Shown piece after piece: positions 10,465 to 22,045 of a stretch of DNA of 64,000 nt (positions are counted from its first letter, which is position 1; each line of letters begins with the position of its first letter). Both the position numbers and the translations under genes were made by a program. The DNA comes from Alphaproteobacteria bacterium (GTDB lineage Bacteria; Pseudomonadota; Alphaproteobacteria; SHVV01): positions 3,584,001 to 3,648,000 of the forward strand of contig OZ253470.1 of assembly GCA_965261735.1 (NCBI GenBank), written 5' to 3'. The notes under the pieces are model-generated. The model searched no databases. It was not told the DNA's origin and saw only the letters and a list, made by a program, of their open reading frames with translations.

Positions 10465-10848
10465 TCACCATGTGATGTTCTCGGCTTCGGGAACCTTGAC
10501 GCCCAGCACGATCTGCCTCTCGCTGGGCCAGCCGTAGACCCCCACCATGTATTCGTAAATGCCCTTGCCGACCCGCTTGGTCGGGTTCGGGCCGGGGCCG
10601 AGGCTCTTGGCCATACGCAAGAAGTTGTCGCCGAGCTGGCGTGCGTTGCGTTTGTTCGTGATATCGGAGACCACCAGAGCGAGCTTGAGCCTGCACCCCT
10701 TCTGCACAATGGCGGCATCTCTAACCAGCAGATGATCCGACTTGAAGGCGTCTTCGACCATCTTCTTCTCCGCAGCTGGATACGCCGGACATTCGCTCCC
10801 CCCGCTGGTGCCACTCGTGAGATCGAGCACGAAGCCGACGAACAACAT
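10465..10848 (-). CDS. Hypothetical protein, possibly exported
   Basis: 127-aa ORF with plausible composition; no recognised motif. Confidence 0.45.
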   Translation of the reverse strand: MLFVGFVLDLTSGTSGGSECPAYPAAEKKMVEDAFKSDHLLVRDAAIVQKGCRLKLALVVSDITNKRNARQLGDNFLRMAKSLGPGPNPTKRVGKGIYEYMVGVYGWPSERQIVLGVKVPEAENITW

Positions 10849-10948
10849 GAAGCCGACGAACAGCGCCTGTCTTGGAGTCCGTTAGACTGAGAAGAGACCT
10901 AATATATTGTAAAAGAACAATAATATTCGTTAGCAGGGAAGTTGTAAT

Positions 10949-12053
10949 CTTGTCTATCCGGTTAACGCCCATGACCGCTACATGTAGGGTGCCGCCACTC
11001 TCCCGAGTAAAGCTCGGCATAGGTTGGAGCAGAGGTGTCGCCCGCGATGCCGAGCAATGAGCGGAAGGCGTTGAACGGGTAGAACCGCCTGTTGAAGCGG
11101 AAGGTGAACTCGTTGAGGTAGGCTTGTAGGTGCTGGTGGCTAACGCCGTGGTGGATACCGATCAGCCACGTCTTCAGGTTGGCGAAAACCAGATGGATGA
11201 TCGGCAGGTATTGCTCGGCAACCTCTGGATCACCACACTCGGCAACAGCGAAGTGCTCATAGCCGCGCTTCCCGAGGCCAGCATAGCCGCTCCAATCGTC
11301 AGTAACGATCAGCGATCGCGGCGCGACGGTGCTCTCGACGAACCCACAGAGCGACTCGGCGCTACGGTCGAGCACGACGGCGAGCCGAACGCGTCCGGCA
11401 TAGCGTCCGTCTTTCCGGTTGTCGAGCTTGGTGTCCGGCTTTCGATGACGCACCTCGATGGCACAGGAGACGGGAACCTTGTGATGAACACCACGGCCTT
11501 CCCCACGCGTTCGCCCGCCAACCCAGGTTTCGTCCACCTCAACATGGTTCTTGGGCTGTCCACCGATCCTGTCTTGGTTGGGCCGCACCATGCCCGAGCG
11601 GAGCTTGTGGAGAATTTGAAAGGCCGTCTCGTAGCGCGAAAGACCAAGTTGCCGCTGAAACTGCACGGCGGACATGCCGGGCGTCTGACTGGCGACCAGA
11701 TAAGCGGCCCAGAACCAGACGTTCAGCGGAGTGTGGCTACGCTCCATCACTGTTCCCACCGTCAGCCCGGTGTTCTGGCGGCACTTGCGGCAGCGCAGGA
11801 CGCCAGGGCGGTTTTCAAAGTGGAACGGCTCTCCCGCCGTGCCGCAGTGCGGGCAGGCAAAGCCGTCTCCCCAGCGGGCTTTCTCCAGGTAGGCGGCGCA
11901 GGCCGCATCATCGGGGAAAAGTCGCTGGAACTCGGGTAGCGAATGCGGGAATGGGAGATCGGCGCGGTCGAGAACATCCATGGCGCGCTCCCCTATATCC
12001 GGGTTGCGCCCATTCTAGCCCTAGTGGGTGTGGGTGTAAACCGGATAGGCAAG
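10949..12053 (-). mobile_element. IS1595 (ISSod11 group), complete; transposase 10962-11981
   Basis: TIR CTTG(C/T)CTATCCGGTT; TSD GTTGTAAT; CPHC...CRKC, EVDETW, VTDDW, YLNEFTFRFN. Confidence 0.96.
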
Positions 12054-12289
12054 GTTGTAATCAAGACGAATGCGGATTTCATCAATCGACTGACCCTCCC
12101 TGAACGCAATTGGCTCCGGATGGCAACGCGGTCGCGCGAGGGGCGTCCGTCCGTTCGCGCGGGGAAGGTCGGGACGAAAGCGCGGGAGCCGGCGGCGCCT
12201 TACGCTGTTCCTTCCGGGGAGTCACGGCACGGGGTGGAGCCCGGACTACAGCCACTTGGCAATACTGCGCCGGAGCCGGCAGGTGGGGG

Positions 12290-13240
12290 CGGCATGCCCT
12301 CTCCGAACGGCTGGAAGCCTGGGGCGCTGCGGGCTACGGCCAGGGCGAGCTCACGGTGACGTCGAAGAAGCCGGGGACCGACGAGGATGGCGCGGCGATC
12401 CGCACCGACCTCGAGCTCGGGATGGCGGCGGCGGGGCTGCGCGGCGTGCTGCTCGACCCGGAATCGGGGTCCGGCTTCCAGCTGACCGGCAAGACCGATG
12501 CGATGGTCGTGCAGACGGCCTCCGGCCGCGGGCGCAGCGCCGACGGCGGCAATCTAGCGCCGGCCCGGGCCACGGTGTCGCGGCTGCGCCTCGGCCTGGA
12601 GGGCTCCTGGCCGATCGGGCTCGGCGGCGGGGCGACCCTCACGCCGAGCCTGGAGATCGGGGTGCGCCACGACGACGGCGACGCCGAGACCGGTTTCGGC
12701 CTCGACCTCGGCGGCGGGCTCGCGCTCAGCGACCCGGGGCGCGGTCTCAAGGCCGAGCTGCGCGGGCGCGGGCTGCTCTCCCACGAGTCGAAGGGCTTCC
12801 GCGACCTCGGCTTCGCGGGTTCGCTCGCCTGGGAAGGGAAGCCGTCCTCGGACCGGGGCGCGAAGCTGACGCTGACCCAGACGGTGGGCGGCACGTCCTC
12901 CGGCGGCGCCGATGCGCTGCTGTCCCGCACCACGCTGGACGGGCTGGCGGCGAACGACAACGGCGAGGGGAACCGAGACCTGAAGAGCCGCCGGCTGGAG
13001 CTGAAGTTCGGCTACGGCTTCTCCGCCTTCGGCGACCGTTTCACCTGGATGCCCGAGGCCCGCGTCGGCCTGTCGGATACGGGGCGCGACTACAGCCTCG
13101 GCTGGCGGCTGGTGCGGGGCGGATCCGGCAGCGAGGGCGGCTCGCTCGAACTCTCCTTCGAGGCGCGCCGTCGCGAGAGCGCCAATGACGACACCCCGCC
13201 GGAGCACGAGGTCGGCCTGCGGCTCACGGCTCGGTTCTGA
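12290..13240 (+). pseudogene. C-terminal autotransporter-like beta-barrel fragment of a large surface protein
   Basis: WGAAGYGQGELT...RLRLGLEGS...LTPSLEIGVRHDDGDAETGFG...ends in aromatic F; N-terminus missing. Confidence 0.75.
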
Positions 13241-13394
13241 CGGGAACGGCAGGAGAGGAGAGTCGGGATGATCGGATTCGAGACGGTGCGGCCGGCGGCC
13301 GGCATTGCCGCGGCGGCGCCTGGGCACGGGAAGGGAGGTCCATGACCGCGGAGGACGATGACGGCAAAGCGGCGGCGGAACCGGGCACCGCCCC

Positions 13395-13530
13395 GGAGGC
13401 GATCGTGGCGGCCGGCTGCGGCGCCGGCAAGACGCTCCGGGAGATCGCCATCGACCTGTTCGGCGCCGCACGGGTGGACGCCGAGTGGCATGCCGACGGC
13501 TGGATGCGCGCAAGGGTGCAGCGGCTGCGC
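13395..13530 (+). pseudogene. DUF2285-like HTH fragment (ICE-associated regulator)
   Basis: GKTLREIAIDLFGAARVDAEW...MRARVQRL recognised by eye. Confidence 0.5.
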
Positions 13531-13569
13531 CGATCCGGGCTGCCGGCCCGGCGGCCCCCTGCCCCGGCC

Positions 13570-14302
13570 CCCGAAGGGCGAGGAGCGGCGGGTGGTCGAG
13601 GTCGATCACCGAAGCGGCGCGGCGATGCTGGAAGGCAGGAATGGGGAGACGGTTTCCTGGAATCCCAACCGCATCGCCGGGCGGACCGGCGGCGCGGAGG
13701 TCTACCGTGCGGAGGCGATCGAGCTGCGCGCCGGCGACCGCGTTCGCTGGACCCGGAACGACATGGGTCTCGGATTGGTCAACAGCCGGACCGCCGAGGT
13801 GGTCTCGGCAAGCGAGGACCCCGTATCGTTCCGGCTCGAGGACGGGCGAACGCTGGCGCTGGGGCGGAACGACCCGCAGTTGCGCCACCTCGATCATGCT
13901 TGGGCATCTACGGTTCACGCGTTCCAGGGGCGCACGGTGGACAATGTGATCGCGGCGATGGAGGCCGACCACCCGCACCTGACGACGCAGAAGAGCCTCT
14001 ACGTCGAGATCAGCTGGGCCAGGGACCGGGCCGAGCTGGTGACGGACGATGCGGAGCGGCTGCGGGAGCGGCTCGAAACGGCGACCGGCGAGCGGATATC
14101 GGCTCTGGAAGGGATCGCGCCGCCGCGGGAGGCATCGGCAAAGGGCGCCGACGCGGTTGGCGATACGACCGTGACACCGCCGGAACGAGACAAGCGGCCG
14201 GCCCCTGAGGCGGAACGGGACGGCGCCGACGCGGTCCGCAGGGTTCGCGAGCCGGCGGCACCGGTCCGCGAGATGGCGGTCGAACTGGAACTGGAGCTGT
14301 GA
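13570..14302 (+). pseudogene. C-terminal helicase fragment of a conjugative relaxase (TraA/TrwC-like)
   Basis: LRAGDRVRWTRND...HLDHAWASTVHAFQGRTVD...SLYVEISWARD helicase motifs V/VI. Confidence 0.85.
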
Positions 14303-14601
14303 CGGCCGGCGGCATGGCGATGGAGCCGGCGCGTATCCAGCGGGTCGTGTCGCCGGCTCCTCGCCACGCGTGGCGGCCCTGCCGGGTTCACCCTCTGCCG
14401 CCCCTGCGCCCTGCCTTCGATCCGGAATGCCGGCCCCCGCTCTCGAGCGCCAGAAGATCGAGCGGCCTGCTCCATGGCCAGCTCCTCCGGCGGCATATCT
14501 TCGGGCAAGGAGGCGTAGCTCCGCCTGTGCGCGACGACCCCAGCCTCACATCAAAGTCAACGCACCAGCCCGAGTGGCAGTCTCTTGCGCTGCCTCTCGG
14601 C

Positions 14602-16149
14602 TTAGTCTCGCGCCGGCGTTGACACCTCGTGCCGCACCAAGCCCGAGTAGGACTCCTGGACGTCGCCGAACTCGCGGAAATAAAGACGCGAAGCGTCGCG
14701 CATCGGCTGGTAGTCCCAGGGAGTGCGAGCGCCGGCGCCGAGCGCCGCGCTCACGAGGCGCCGCGCCGCCTGGCTTTCCCGCACCGCTTGATCCAGGGCA
14801 TCGACATCCCAGGTTTCGGCGGCGATTGCTTCCAGTTCCGCGCGTGCACCGGCGCTGGCGGGACGGTGGGCGAGGTCGTGGAGTTCGTCCGGGTCGGCGC
14901 TGAGGTCGAAGAGCATCGGCGGGTCACCATGACTCACGATGAGCTTGTGCGAGCCCTTTCGGACCATCAGCTGGGGCGCACGCGCGCCCTCGGCCGTGTA
15001 CTCGGCGCACACGAGGTCCGGCCAGTCCGGCGCGCCGGCCGCAGACGCCAGCGGGGCAAGCGAGTGGCCGTCGATCGGCGCCGCCAGCTCCGGCAAGGCG
15101 CCGTCGCCCGCCGCTTCGAGCAGAGTTGGAAAGAGATCGAGGAGAGAGACATTGGCTTGCACCCGGCGCGGCGCGAAGGCGAAGGGTGCGTGCATAATCA
15201 GGGGAACCCGGATCGACCATTCGAAGAAGGACATCTTGAAGAACATGCCGCGCTCGCCGAGCAAGTCGCCGTGATCGGACGTGAAGATGATCATCGTGTC
15301 GTCGGCTGCGCCAATATCGTCGAGGGTTTCCAGTAGCTTGCCGACCTTCGCATCGACATAGCTCGTCATCGCGCAATAGGCGCGGCGCATGCGCAGAACA
15401 TCCGATTCGCCGACCGCGTCGCGGTGTCGCCCCGTGAGGAACCAGTGCCGCCGGCTGTGAGGGTCCCGGTTCTCGAGCGGAATGTCCGCGACCGCCGGGC
15501 GATCCATCTCGACGCCGCGGTACTGCTCCCACCACGAGGGAGGCGCGAGATAGGGATCGTGGGGGGAGATGAACGACACGGTGAGCGCGAATGACTGGTC
15601 GTCGTTGTCGTCGGCTCGCTCGTGCAGCCAGCGTATCGCCTCGAACTCGACCTCGTCGTCGTAGGCGACGTTGACGCTGCGGCGGTGGGGCCCGGCATCG
15701 AGCACCGGGTGCATGCTGTGGTACCACTCAAGCCAGCTCTCGTCATCCAGGCACCAGTCCGGCGACCACAGGAAAGCGGACGGATAGATGTCGGTGGTGA
15801 CGCGCTCCTCGTAGCCGTGAAGCTGATCGGGTCCGACGAAGTGCATCTTGCCGGCGAGACAGGTGCGGTAGCCTGCGACACGCAGATAGTGGTTAAAGGT
15901 CGGGACGGAGGAAGGGAACTCGACCGCGTTGTCGAACGCGCCGACCCGTGAGGGCAGCCGCCCGCTCAACATCGAGAACCTTGCCGGCGCGCAGAGCGGA
16001 AAGTTGCAGTAGGCGTTCTCGAACACGACGCCTTCCTCGGCGAGACGGTCGATATACGGAGTACGCGCCCGGGAGTGGCCGTAGGCGCGCAGCATCTGCG
16101 GGGCGAGCTGGTCGGCCATGATCAGAAGGAGGTTCGGACGGCTTGCCAT
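14602..16149 (-). CDS. betC: Choline-sulfatase
   Basis: 515 aa; NLLLIMADQ, CNFPLCAPAR formylglycine motif, GKMHFVGPDQLHGYEER, SDHGD, PWDYQP. Confidence 0.92.
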   Translation of the reverse strand: MASRPNLLLIMADQLAPQMLRAYGHSRARTPYIDRLAEEGVVFENAYCNFPLCAPARFSMLSGRLPSRVGAFDNAVEFPSSVPTFNHYLRVAGYRTCLAGKMHFVGPDQLHGYEERVTTDIYPSAFLWSPDWCLDDESWLEWYHSMHPVLDAGPHRRSVNVAYDDEVEFEAIRWLHERADDNDDQSFALTVSFISPHDPYLAPPSWWEQYRGVEMDRPAVADIPLENRDPHSRRHWFLTGRHRDAVGESDVLRMRRAYCAMTSYVDAKVGKLLETLDDIGAADDTMIIFTSDHGDLLGERGMFFKMSFFEWSIRVPLIMHAPFAFAPRRVQANVSLLDLFPTLLEAAGDGALPELAAPIDGHSLAPLASAAGAPDWPDLVCAEYTAEGARAPQLMVRKGSHKLIVSHGDPPMLFDLSADPDELHDLAHRPASAGARAELEAIAAETWDVDALDQAVRESQAARRLVSAALGAGARTPWDYQPMRDASRLYFREFGDVQESYSGLVRHEVSTPARD

Positions 16150-16379
16150 CGATTTTCGTGTGGTTGAGTGGCCGCGGATATCAAGCCGCCCTCAATATGA
16201 GGCGCATGGCTGAATGTCAGTGTTTCATGCGCCATCCCGTCACGCCAGCGACAATGAGAAAGGGACGGCAGCACTGTAACGGGTTCCGGCTTCGCGGTCG
16301 CACCTCAGCCCTCACGGTGGTGGATTCGGCGGCGATGTTTGCCGAGTCCCGCGTCGGCAGGCGCAGGTATTCGTGGCGC

Positions 16380-16465
16380 AGATTGCTGACGCGATTGTCT
16401 CTCAGCCAGAGGTGATGGAAAGTTCCGGCGATACCGTCGTCCCAGGTGACGCGGATGGATCGTGA
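16380..16465 (-). pseudogene. Gamma-butyrobetaine/TauD dioxygenase N-terminal fragment
   Basis: IRVTWDDG...FHHLWLRDN motif. Confidence 0.5.
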
Positions 16466-16633
16466 CTGCCGTCTGGAGGTGCGGAGTCGAGGGCCGCGCG
16501 CACCGTCTTGTGGAAGTGAAAAACGCCGCTCTCGTGGCGTGGGCTCAGTGGCCCCCGGTCGTACACGCCGGCGTCGAGATTCTGCTGGATGAGCGGCACG
16601 ATCCATTGGTCCTCCTCCGACACAAGGGTGCCG

Positions 16634-17042
16634 TGGGAACGGCGGTGCGAAATTAGTCCACGGTAGCGGCGGGATTGTCTCGCTGCGGGCGAAGCAAAAC
16701 TCTGCCACTTGAGCCCTTCGCGGCGACGGGGAGGGCGGGGGCATGCATACCGTGGAACTTTATCGGAAGGTCCGTCTCTCCTGCCGGGACGGGATGAGCG
16801 AGCGTGCGGCGGCGCGTCATTTCGGGATTTCGCGCGAGAGCGTGAAGAAGATGCTGTGCTTTTCGGTGCCTCCGGGCTATCGGCGGACGGCACCGGTTCG
16901 GCGCCCGAAGCTGGACGGGTTCAGCGAGATCATCGACCAGTGGCTGAAGGAGGATCTGAAGCAGCTGCGCAAGCAGCGCCACACGGCCAAGCGTATCTTC
17001 GACCGGCTTCGCGCCGAGCACGGGTTTTCCGGCGGCTACACG
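16634..17042 (+). mobile_element. istA: IS21 left end plus istA 5' fragment, cut by IS256
   Basis: MHTVELYRKVR...RKQRHTAKRIFDRLRAEHGFSGGYT; repeated AAAA-CT-GCCAC-type end boxes. Left boundary approximate. Confidence 0.85.
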
Positions 17043-19849
17043 GGTCGTGTCCCAGGACGTGGTGTAGGAGTTGTTGGAGCCTCTGGTAGCTGTGGGTAGG
17101 CGGCTTGCCGTAGCGACCGCCGAGAGTCTGGCGTAGGCAAGCCGGCTATCCACAGCGGAGGCCATCGCGGTTCCGGTTTAGGGTTGGGCTAGTGCAAACC
17201 AACCTGACCCGAAGGAGAACCACGATGACCCAGGACATGATGACCCTGCGCGCGCTTTTGGAGAAGAGCTCCGATGCCGATCTGCTTTGCGAGATGATCG
17301 GCTTCACGGCCGAGCGGCTGATGGCACTGGAGGTTGAGGGCCTGACCGGCGCCGGGCACGGCGAGCGCTCGGCGGATCGTATCACCCATCGCAACGGCTA
17401 CCGCGACCGGTCCTGGGAGACGCGGGCCGGCACGGTCGAGCTGAAGATCCCGAAGCTGAGGAAGGGAAGCTACTTCCCGGGCTTCCTGGAGCCGCGGCGG
17501 ATGGCCGAGAAGGCGCTGGCTGCGGTGATCCAGGAGGCCTACATCCAGGGGGTGTCGACCCGCTCGGTCGACGATCTGGTTCAGGCGATGGGGATGTCGG
17601 GCGCCTCCAAGAGCCAGGTCTCCAGGCTGTGCGGCGAGATCGACGATAAGGTCACCGGCTTCCTCGATCGACCGCTGGAGGGCGACTGGCCCTATCTGTG
17701 GCTCGACGCCACCTACGTGAAGGTGCGCCAGACCGGACGCATCGTCTCGGTCGCGGTGACCGTGGCTGTGGCCGTCAACGACCAAGGCCGCCGCGAGGTC
17801 CTGGGCGTGGCGATCGGCGCGTCGGAGGCCGAGACCTTCTGGACCGAGTTCCTGCGCTCGCTGGCCCGGCGCGGGCTGCGCGGCGTGAAGCTGGTGATCT
17901 CCGACGACCACAAGGGCCTGAAGGCCGCCGCGACCCGGATCCTCGGCGCCACATGGCAGCGCTGCCGCGTGCACTTCGCCCGCAACCTGCTGGCCCATGC
18001 CGGCCGCCAGGGCCGGCGCGTCGTCTCCGCCTTCGCCCAGGAGGACGCCGACAGCGCGAAGGTCCAGTGGCGCCAGGTCGCCGACCAGCTCAGGCCCAAG
18101 GTGCCCAAGCTGGCAGTTCTCATGGACGAAGCCGAGCACGACGTCCTCGCCTACATGAGCTTCCCCAGGGAGCACCGCCAGAAATTGCACTCCACAAACC
18201 CGATCGAACGTGTGTGGACGCCCCCGTTGATGCAAGCAGTTTTTGGTCGGCTCGGTGCATGCGGTCAGGTGCTGTCGTGTGTCCGGCCTCTCTATGCGGC
18301 AGATGACACGCCGCGGGCCCGTATGGAGATACGCGGATTGGGTCCAAATCGGTTACGCGAGCTTGAAAGCTCTCCGTTCGGATGCTGGTTTTCCCAACCC
18401 GGTCTCGTTGACCTTTGCCCTTACCTGTCCTCCGTCCTGCCCACATCCCCGACGGCTTCCCGCACTTCGCCGTTCTCTCAGGCGGTGGCGGGAGCCCGGT
18501 AGCTCTTCTTCTTCGTCAGTAGCACCCAGACGATGCGCGCCATCCTGTTGGCCAGCGCCACCGCGACGAGCATCCTCGGCTTGCGCGCCAGCATCCCGGC
18601 CAGCCAGGGGTCCGTCGTCACGCCGCGCCGAACCGCCCAGCGGACCACAGTCATCGCGCCTGTGATCAGCAGCCGTCTCAGATCGCGCTGGCCCATCTTC
18701 GATATCTTGCCCAGCTTCGGCTTGCCGCCGGTCGTGTGCTGGCGCGGCACGAGGCCGAGCCAAGCGGAGAAGTCGCGGCCGCGCCGGAAACTCTCCATCG
18801 GCGGTGCGAAGGCCTGGATTGCCATCGCGCTGATCGGCCCGATCCCCGGCACGCTCATCAGGCGCCTCGCCTCCTCATCCTGCCGTGCTCTCACGTGGAC
18901 CTCCCTCTCCAGGCCCGCAATCTTCGCATCGAGGCCGGCGATCTGCTCAAGCAGAAGGCCGGCCAGCTCGCGGACCGCTTCCGGCAACCTCGAAGCCGGT
19001 CCCTCAAGCGCCGAGGCCAGCCGGCCGACATGAGCCGGCCCTGTGGGGCAATGACACCGAACTCCGCCAGATGGCCGCGCAGCGCATTAATCGTCTGGGT
19101 GCGCTGGCGCACCAGAAGATCGCGCGTCCGGAACAGCATGCCCCGAGCCTGCTGTTCCTCCGTCTTCACAGCCACAAAGCGCATGGTCGGCCGCGACGAC
19201 GCCTCGCAGATCGCCTCCGCATCCGACGCGTCGTTCTTTTGCCGCTTGACGTACGCTTTGACGTAGATCGGTGGGACCAGTCGCACCGCATGGCCGAGAC
19301 TGCCGATCTCCCGGCCCCAATGGTGCGCGCCGCCGCACGCCTCCATCGCCACCGTGCAGCGTGGCTGCGCAGCCACAAAGTCCAACAGCTTCGCCCGGCT
19401 CAGCTTCTTGCGGAACGCAACCGACCCATCCGCCCGCGCACCGTGCAGCTGAAAGCTGTTCTTCGCCAGATCGATCCCGATCATGTGAACCTGTTCCATG
19501 GACGCCCCCATCCTCGCTTGGCGTTAACAACACCGCCAACCTGGCACATCGCGATGCCGTCGGGAGGGGCGTCCACCCCATCGGCTCCATGCCGAGGTCA
19601 AGCGTCGCACCAACGTCGTCGGTATCTTTCCCAACGAAGCCGCCATCACACGGCTCGTCGGCGCCATCCTTCTCGAGCAGAACGACGAGTGGGCCGTCTC
19701 AAGGAGATACATGACGCTGGAATCCATCGCTCCGCTGAGCGATGGTGTCCCCATCACGCTGCCCACCGTGGCAGCCTGAACGTCCCGGCCCTACCCGCCG
19801 GGAGCCGCGTAGAGCGCAACGCTCTTACACCACTCCGCGGGACACGATC
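17043..19849 (+). mobile_element. IS256 type 1 disrupted by IS1111
   Basis: Both TIRs present; interrupted at TNPIE|RL; flanks GCTACACG / CTGGCTGA do not match. Confidence 0.95.
18211..19583 (-). mobile_element. IS110 family (IS1111 group) copy 1; transposase frameshifted
   Basis: Subterminal IR GTGGACGCCCC, 7 nt from the left end and 3 nt from the right end; CG core; ORF split into 18891-19511 and 18478-18987. Confidence 0.95.
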
Positions 19850-20247
19850 CTGGCTGAAAGGGCTGTTTCCCTCGCGAACGAAAGAGATCCTGAAACGGGA
19901 GAGCCAATACAGACGTTAGTATCCATCACTTCGACGCGATGGCCGGGGGATTTGGGATCCGTCGAGGTGTCCCCGGCTGACACCATTGAATCGGTGATAA
20001 GGCGGGTTCGAGAAGTCCACGAACAGTCGTAAGCGTGTTCAGTGCCGACGATGGCACCGGCGAAAAGCGGAGGTGAGCGTAGGATCGTGGAGGCACAAAC
20101 TCCATAGAGGGGAACGATTGGTGAGGAAGCTGACGCAGATCATTGTTGTTGTCTTGGGGCTGTCGGTTTTCTCGGCGTTAGCCCCGGCCTCGGAGCCCGG
20201 AGCAAACTTGCATTGCACAGAATTGCAGAAGCTTGTTGTCGAGTTGT

Positions 20248-21589
20248 TGAGGTGGCCTCGGTTTGTCGGACAGCTTGGCGGCTTGATTAAGGTGTATTCC
20301 AGTTGTCGTTCATGCCGCCAGAATCCCTTTGCATCGATCTCCTTGCCGTTGTTGTTGCGCCTGTGGGGATGTGGGCAAGGCGCGTAGCGGCTTGTCCATC
20401 ATATCCACAGGCGGGGCGCCGCGGTAGGCCTCGGCCGGCGTTTCCCCCCCGAGCGCCGAGTGCGGCCTCTCGGTGTTGTAGAAGTCGATCCACTCGCCGA
20501 TGACGCGCCGGGCCTCGAAGCCGTCGGCGAGCTCGCGCAGATAGACGGCCTCGTATTTGAGCGAGCGCCACAGCCGCTCAATGAAGATGTTGTCCAGGCA
20601 CCGGCCCCTGCCGTCCATCGAGATCCGGATGCCGGTCTCCCGCAAGCGCCCGGTGAAGGCGAAGCCGGTGAACTGGCTGCCCTGGTCGGTATTGAAGATC
20701 TCCGGCGTGCCATGGCGGGCCAGCGCCTCGTCGAGCGCGTCTGTGCAGAAGCCCGCATCCAGGGTGTTCGACAGACGCCAAGCCAGCACATGCCGGTTGG
20801 CCCAGTCCATGATCGCCACCAGGTAAAGAAAGCCGCGCCGCACCGGGATGTAGGTGATGTCGGCGCACCAGACATGGTTCGCCCGCTCGATCGTCAAGCC
20901 TCTGAGCAGATAGGGGTAGACCCGGTGCTCGGGATGCGGATCGCTGGTGCGCGGCGCCCGATAGATCGCCTGAAGCCCCATCAGGCGCATCAGACGACCG
21001 GCCCGGCGACGACCGACGCGCACGCCCTCGCGGCGTAGATGACGGACCATCTGACGGGCGCCGTAGAACGGATACTTCAGGAACAACTCATCAATGCGCC
21101 GCATCAGCGCCAGGGTCTCCGGGCTCTCGCCCTTGGGCGTGTAATAGAGCGAGGAGCGTCCGATCGACAGCAAACGGCATTGACGGCTCAAGCTCAGCGC
21201 CGGGTGAGCGCGTATCACCATCGTTCGCCTCTCGGCCCGGCTCATCGACCGGACCCTCGAGACAAAAAATCCCGCTCCACCGTCAACTCGCCGATCTTCG
21301 CGTGAAGATCACGGATCTCGCTCTCATGGTCCCGACGGCGGCGCTCGCCCCCGTTCGAAAACACTTCGCCAAGACCATCGATCGCCTGCCGCTTCCATGT
21401 GCTCACTTGGTTCGGATGAACCTGGTGCTGCGAGGCGATCTCCTGAAGCGTCCGGTCGCCACGAAGCGCCTCAAGCGCGATCTTCGCCTTCAGCTCCCCG
21501 GAAAACCTGCGTCTCTTACTCATCGCGTATCCCTCCTCAGTCGGCGGAATACACCTTAAAAACCTGTCCGATTTTCCGGGGCCACCTCA
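20248..21589 (-). mobile_element. IS3-family element, complete (orfA 21242-21523, orfB 20310-21245)
   Basis: TIR TGAGGTGGCC...GGACAG; WCADITY, NTDQGSQF, DNIFIERLWRSLKYE; ATGA overlap between the ORFs; no TSD. Confidence 0.95.
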
Positions 21590-21971
21590 GGCCGGGACGT
21601 TCAGGCTGCCACGGTGGGCAGCGTGATGGGGACACCATCGCTCAGCGGAGCGATGGATTCCAGCGTCATGTATCTCCTTGAGACGGCCCACTCGTCGTTC
21701 TGCTCGAGAAGGATGGCGCCGACGAGCCGTGTGATGGCGGCTTCGTTGGGAAAGATACCGACGACGTTGGTGCGACGCTTGACCTCGGCATGGAGCCGTT
21801 CGATCGGGTTTGTGGAGTGCAATTTCTGACGGTGCTCCCTGGGGAAGCTCATGTAGGCGAGGACGTCGTGCTCGGCTTCGTCCATGAGAACTGCCAGCTT
21901 GGGCACCTTGGGCCTGAGCTGGTCGGCGACCTGGCGCCACTGGACCTTCGCGCTGTCGGCGTCCTCCTGGG
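21590..21971 (-). pseudogene. IS256 type 1 3' fragment with an empty IS1111 target site, followed by a 75-bp IS1595 fragment (~21970-22045)
   Basis: Sequence identity to the resident elements. Confidence 0.9.
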
Positions 21972-22045
21972 TAAGCGCGGCTATGAGCACTTCGCTGTTG
22001 CCGAGTGTGGTGATCCAGAGGTTGCCGAGCAATACCTGCCGATCA

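Noticed and set aside
10860-10948. Integron attC site (GTTAGAC core)
   Set aside because: No matching inverse core or attC hairpin, and no intI in the window.
19541-19560. Sigma54 promoter TGGCAC...ATGC at the IS1111 left end
   Set aside because: GG-to-GC spacing is 11 nt, not the required 10.
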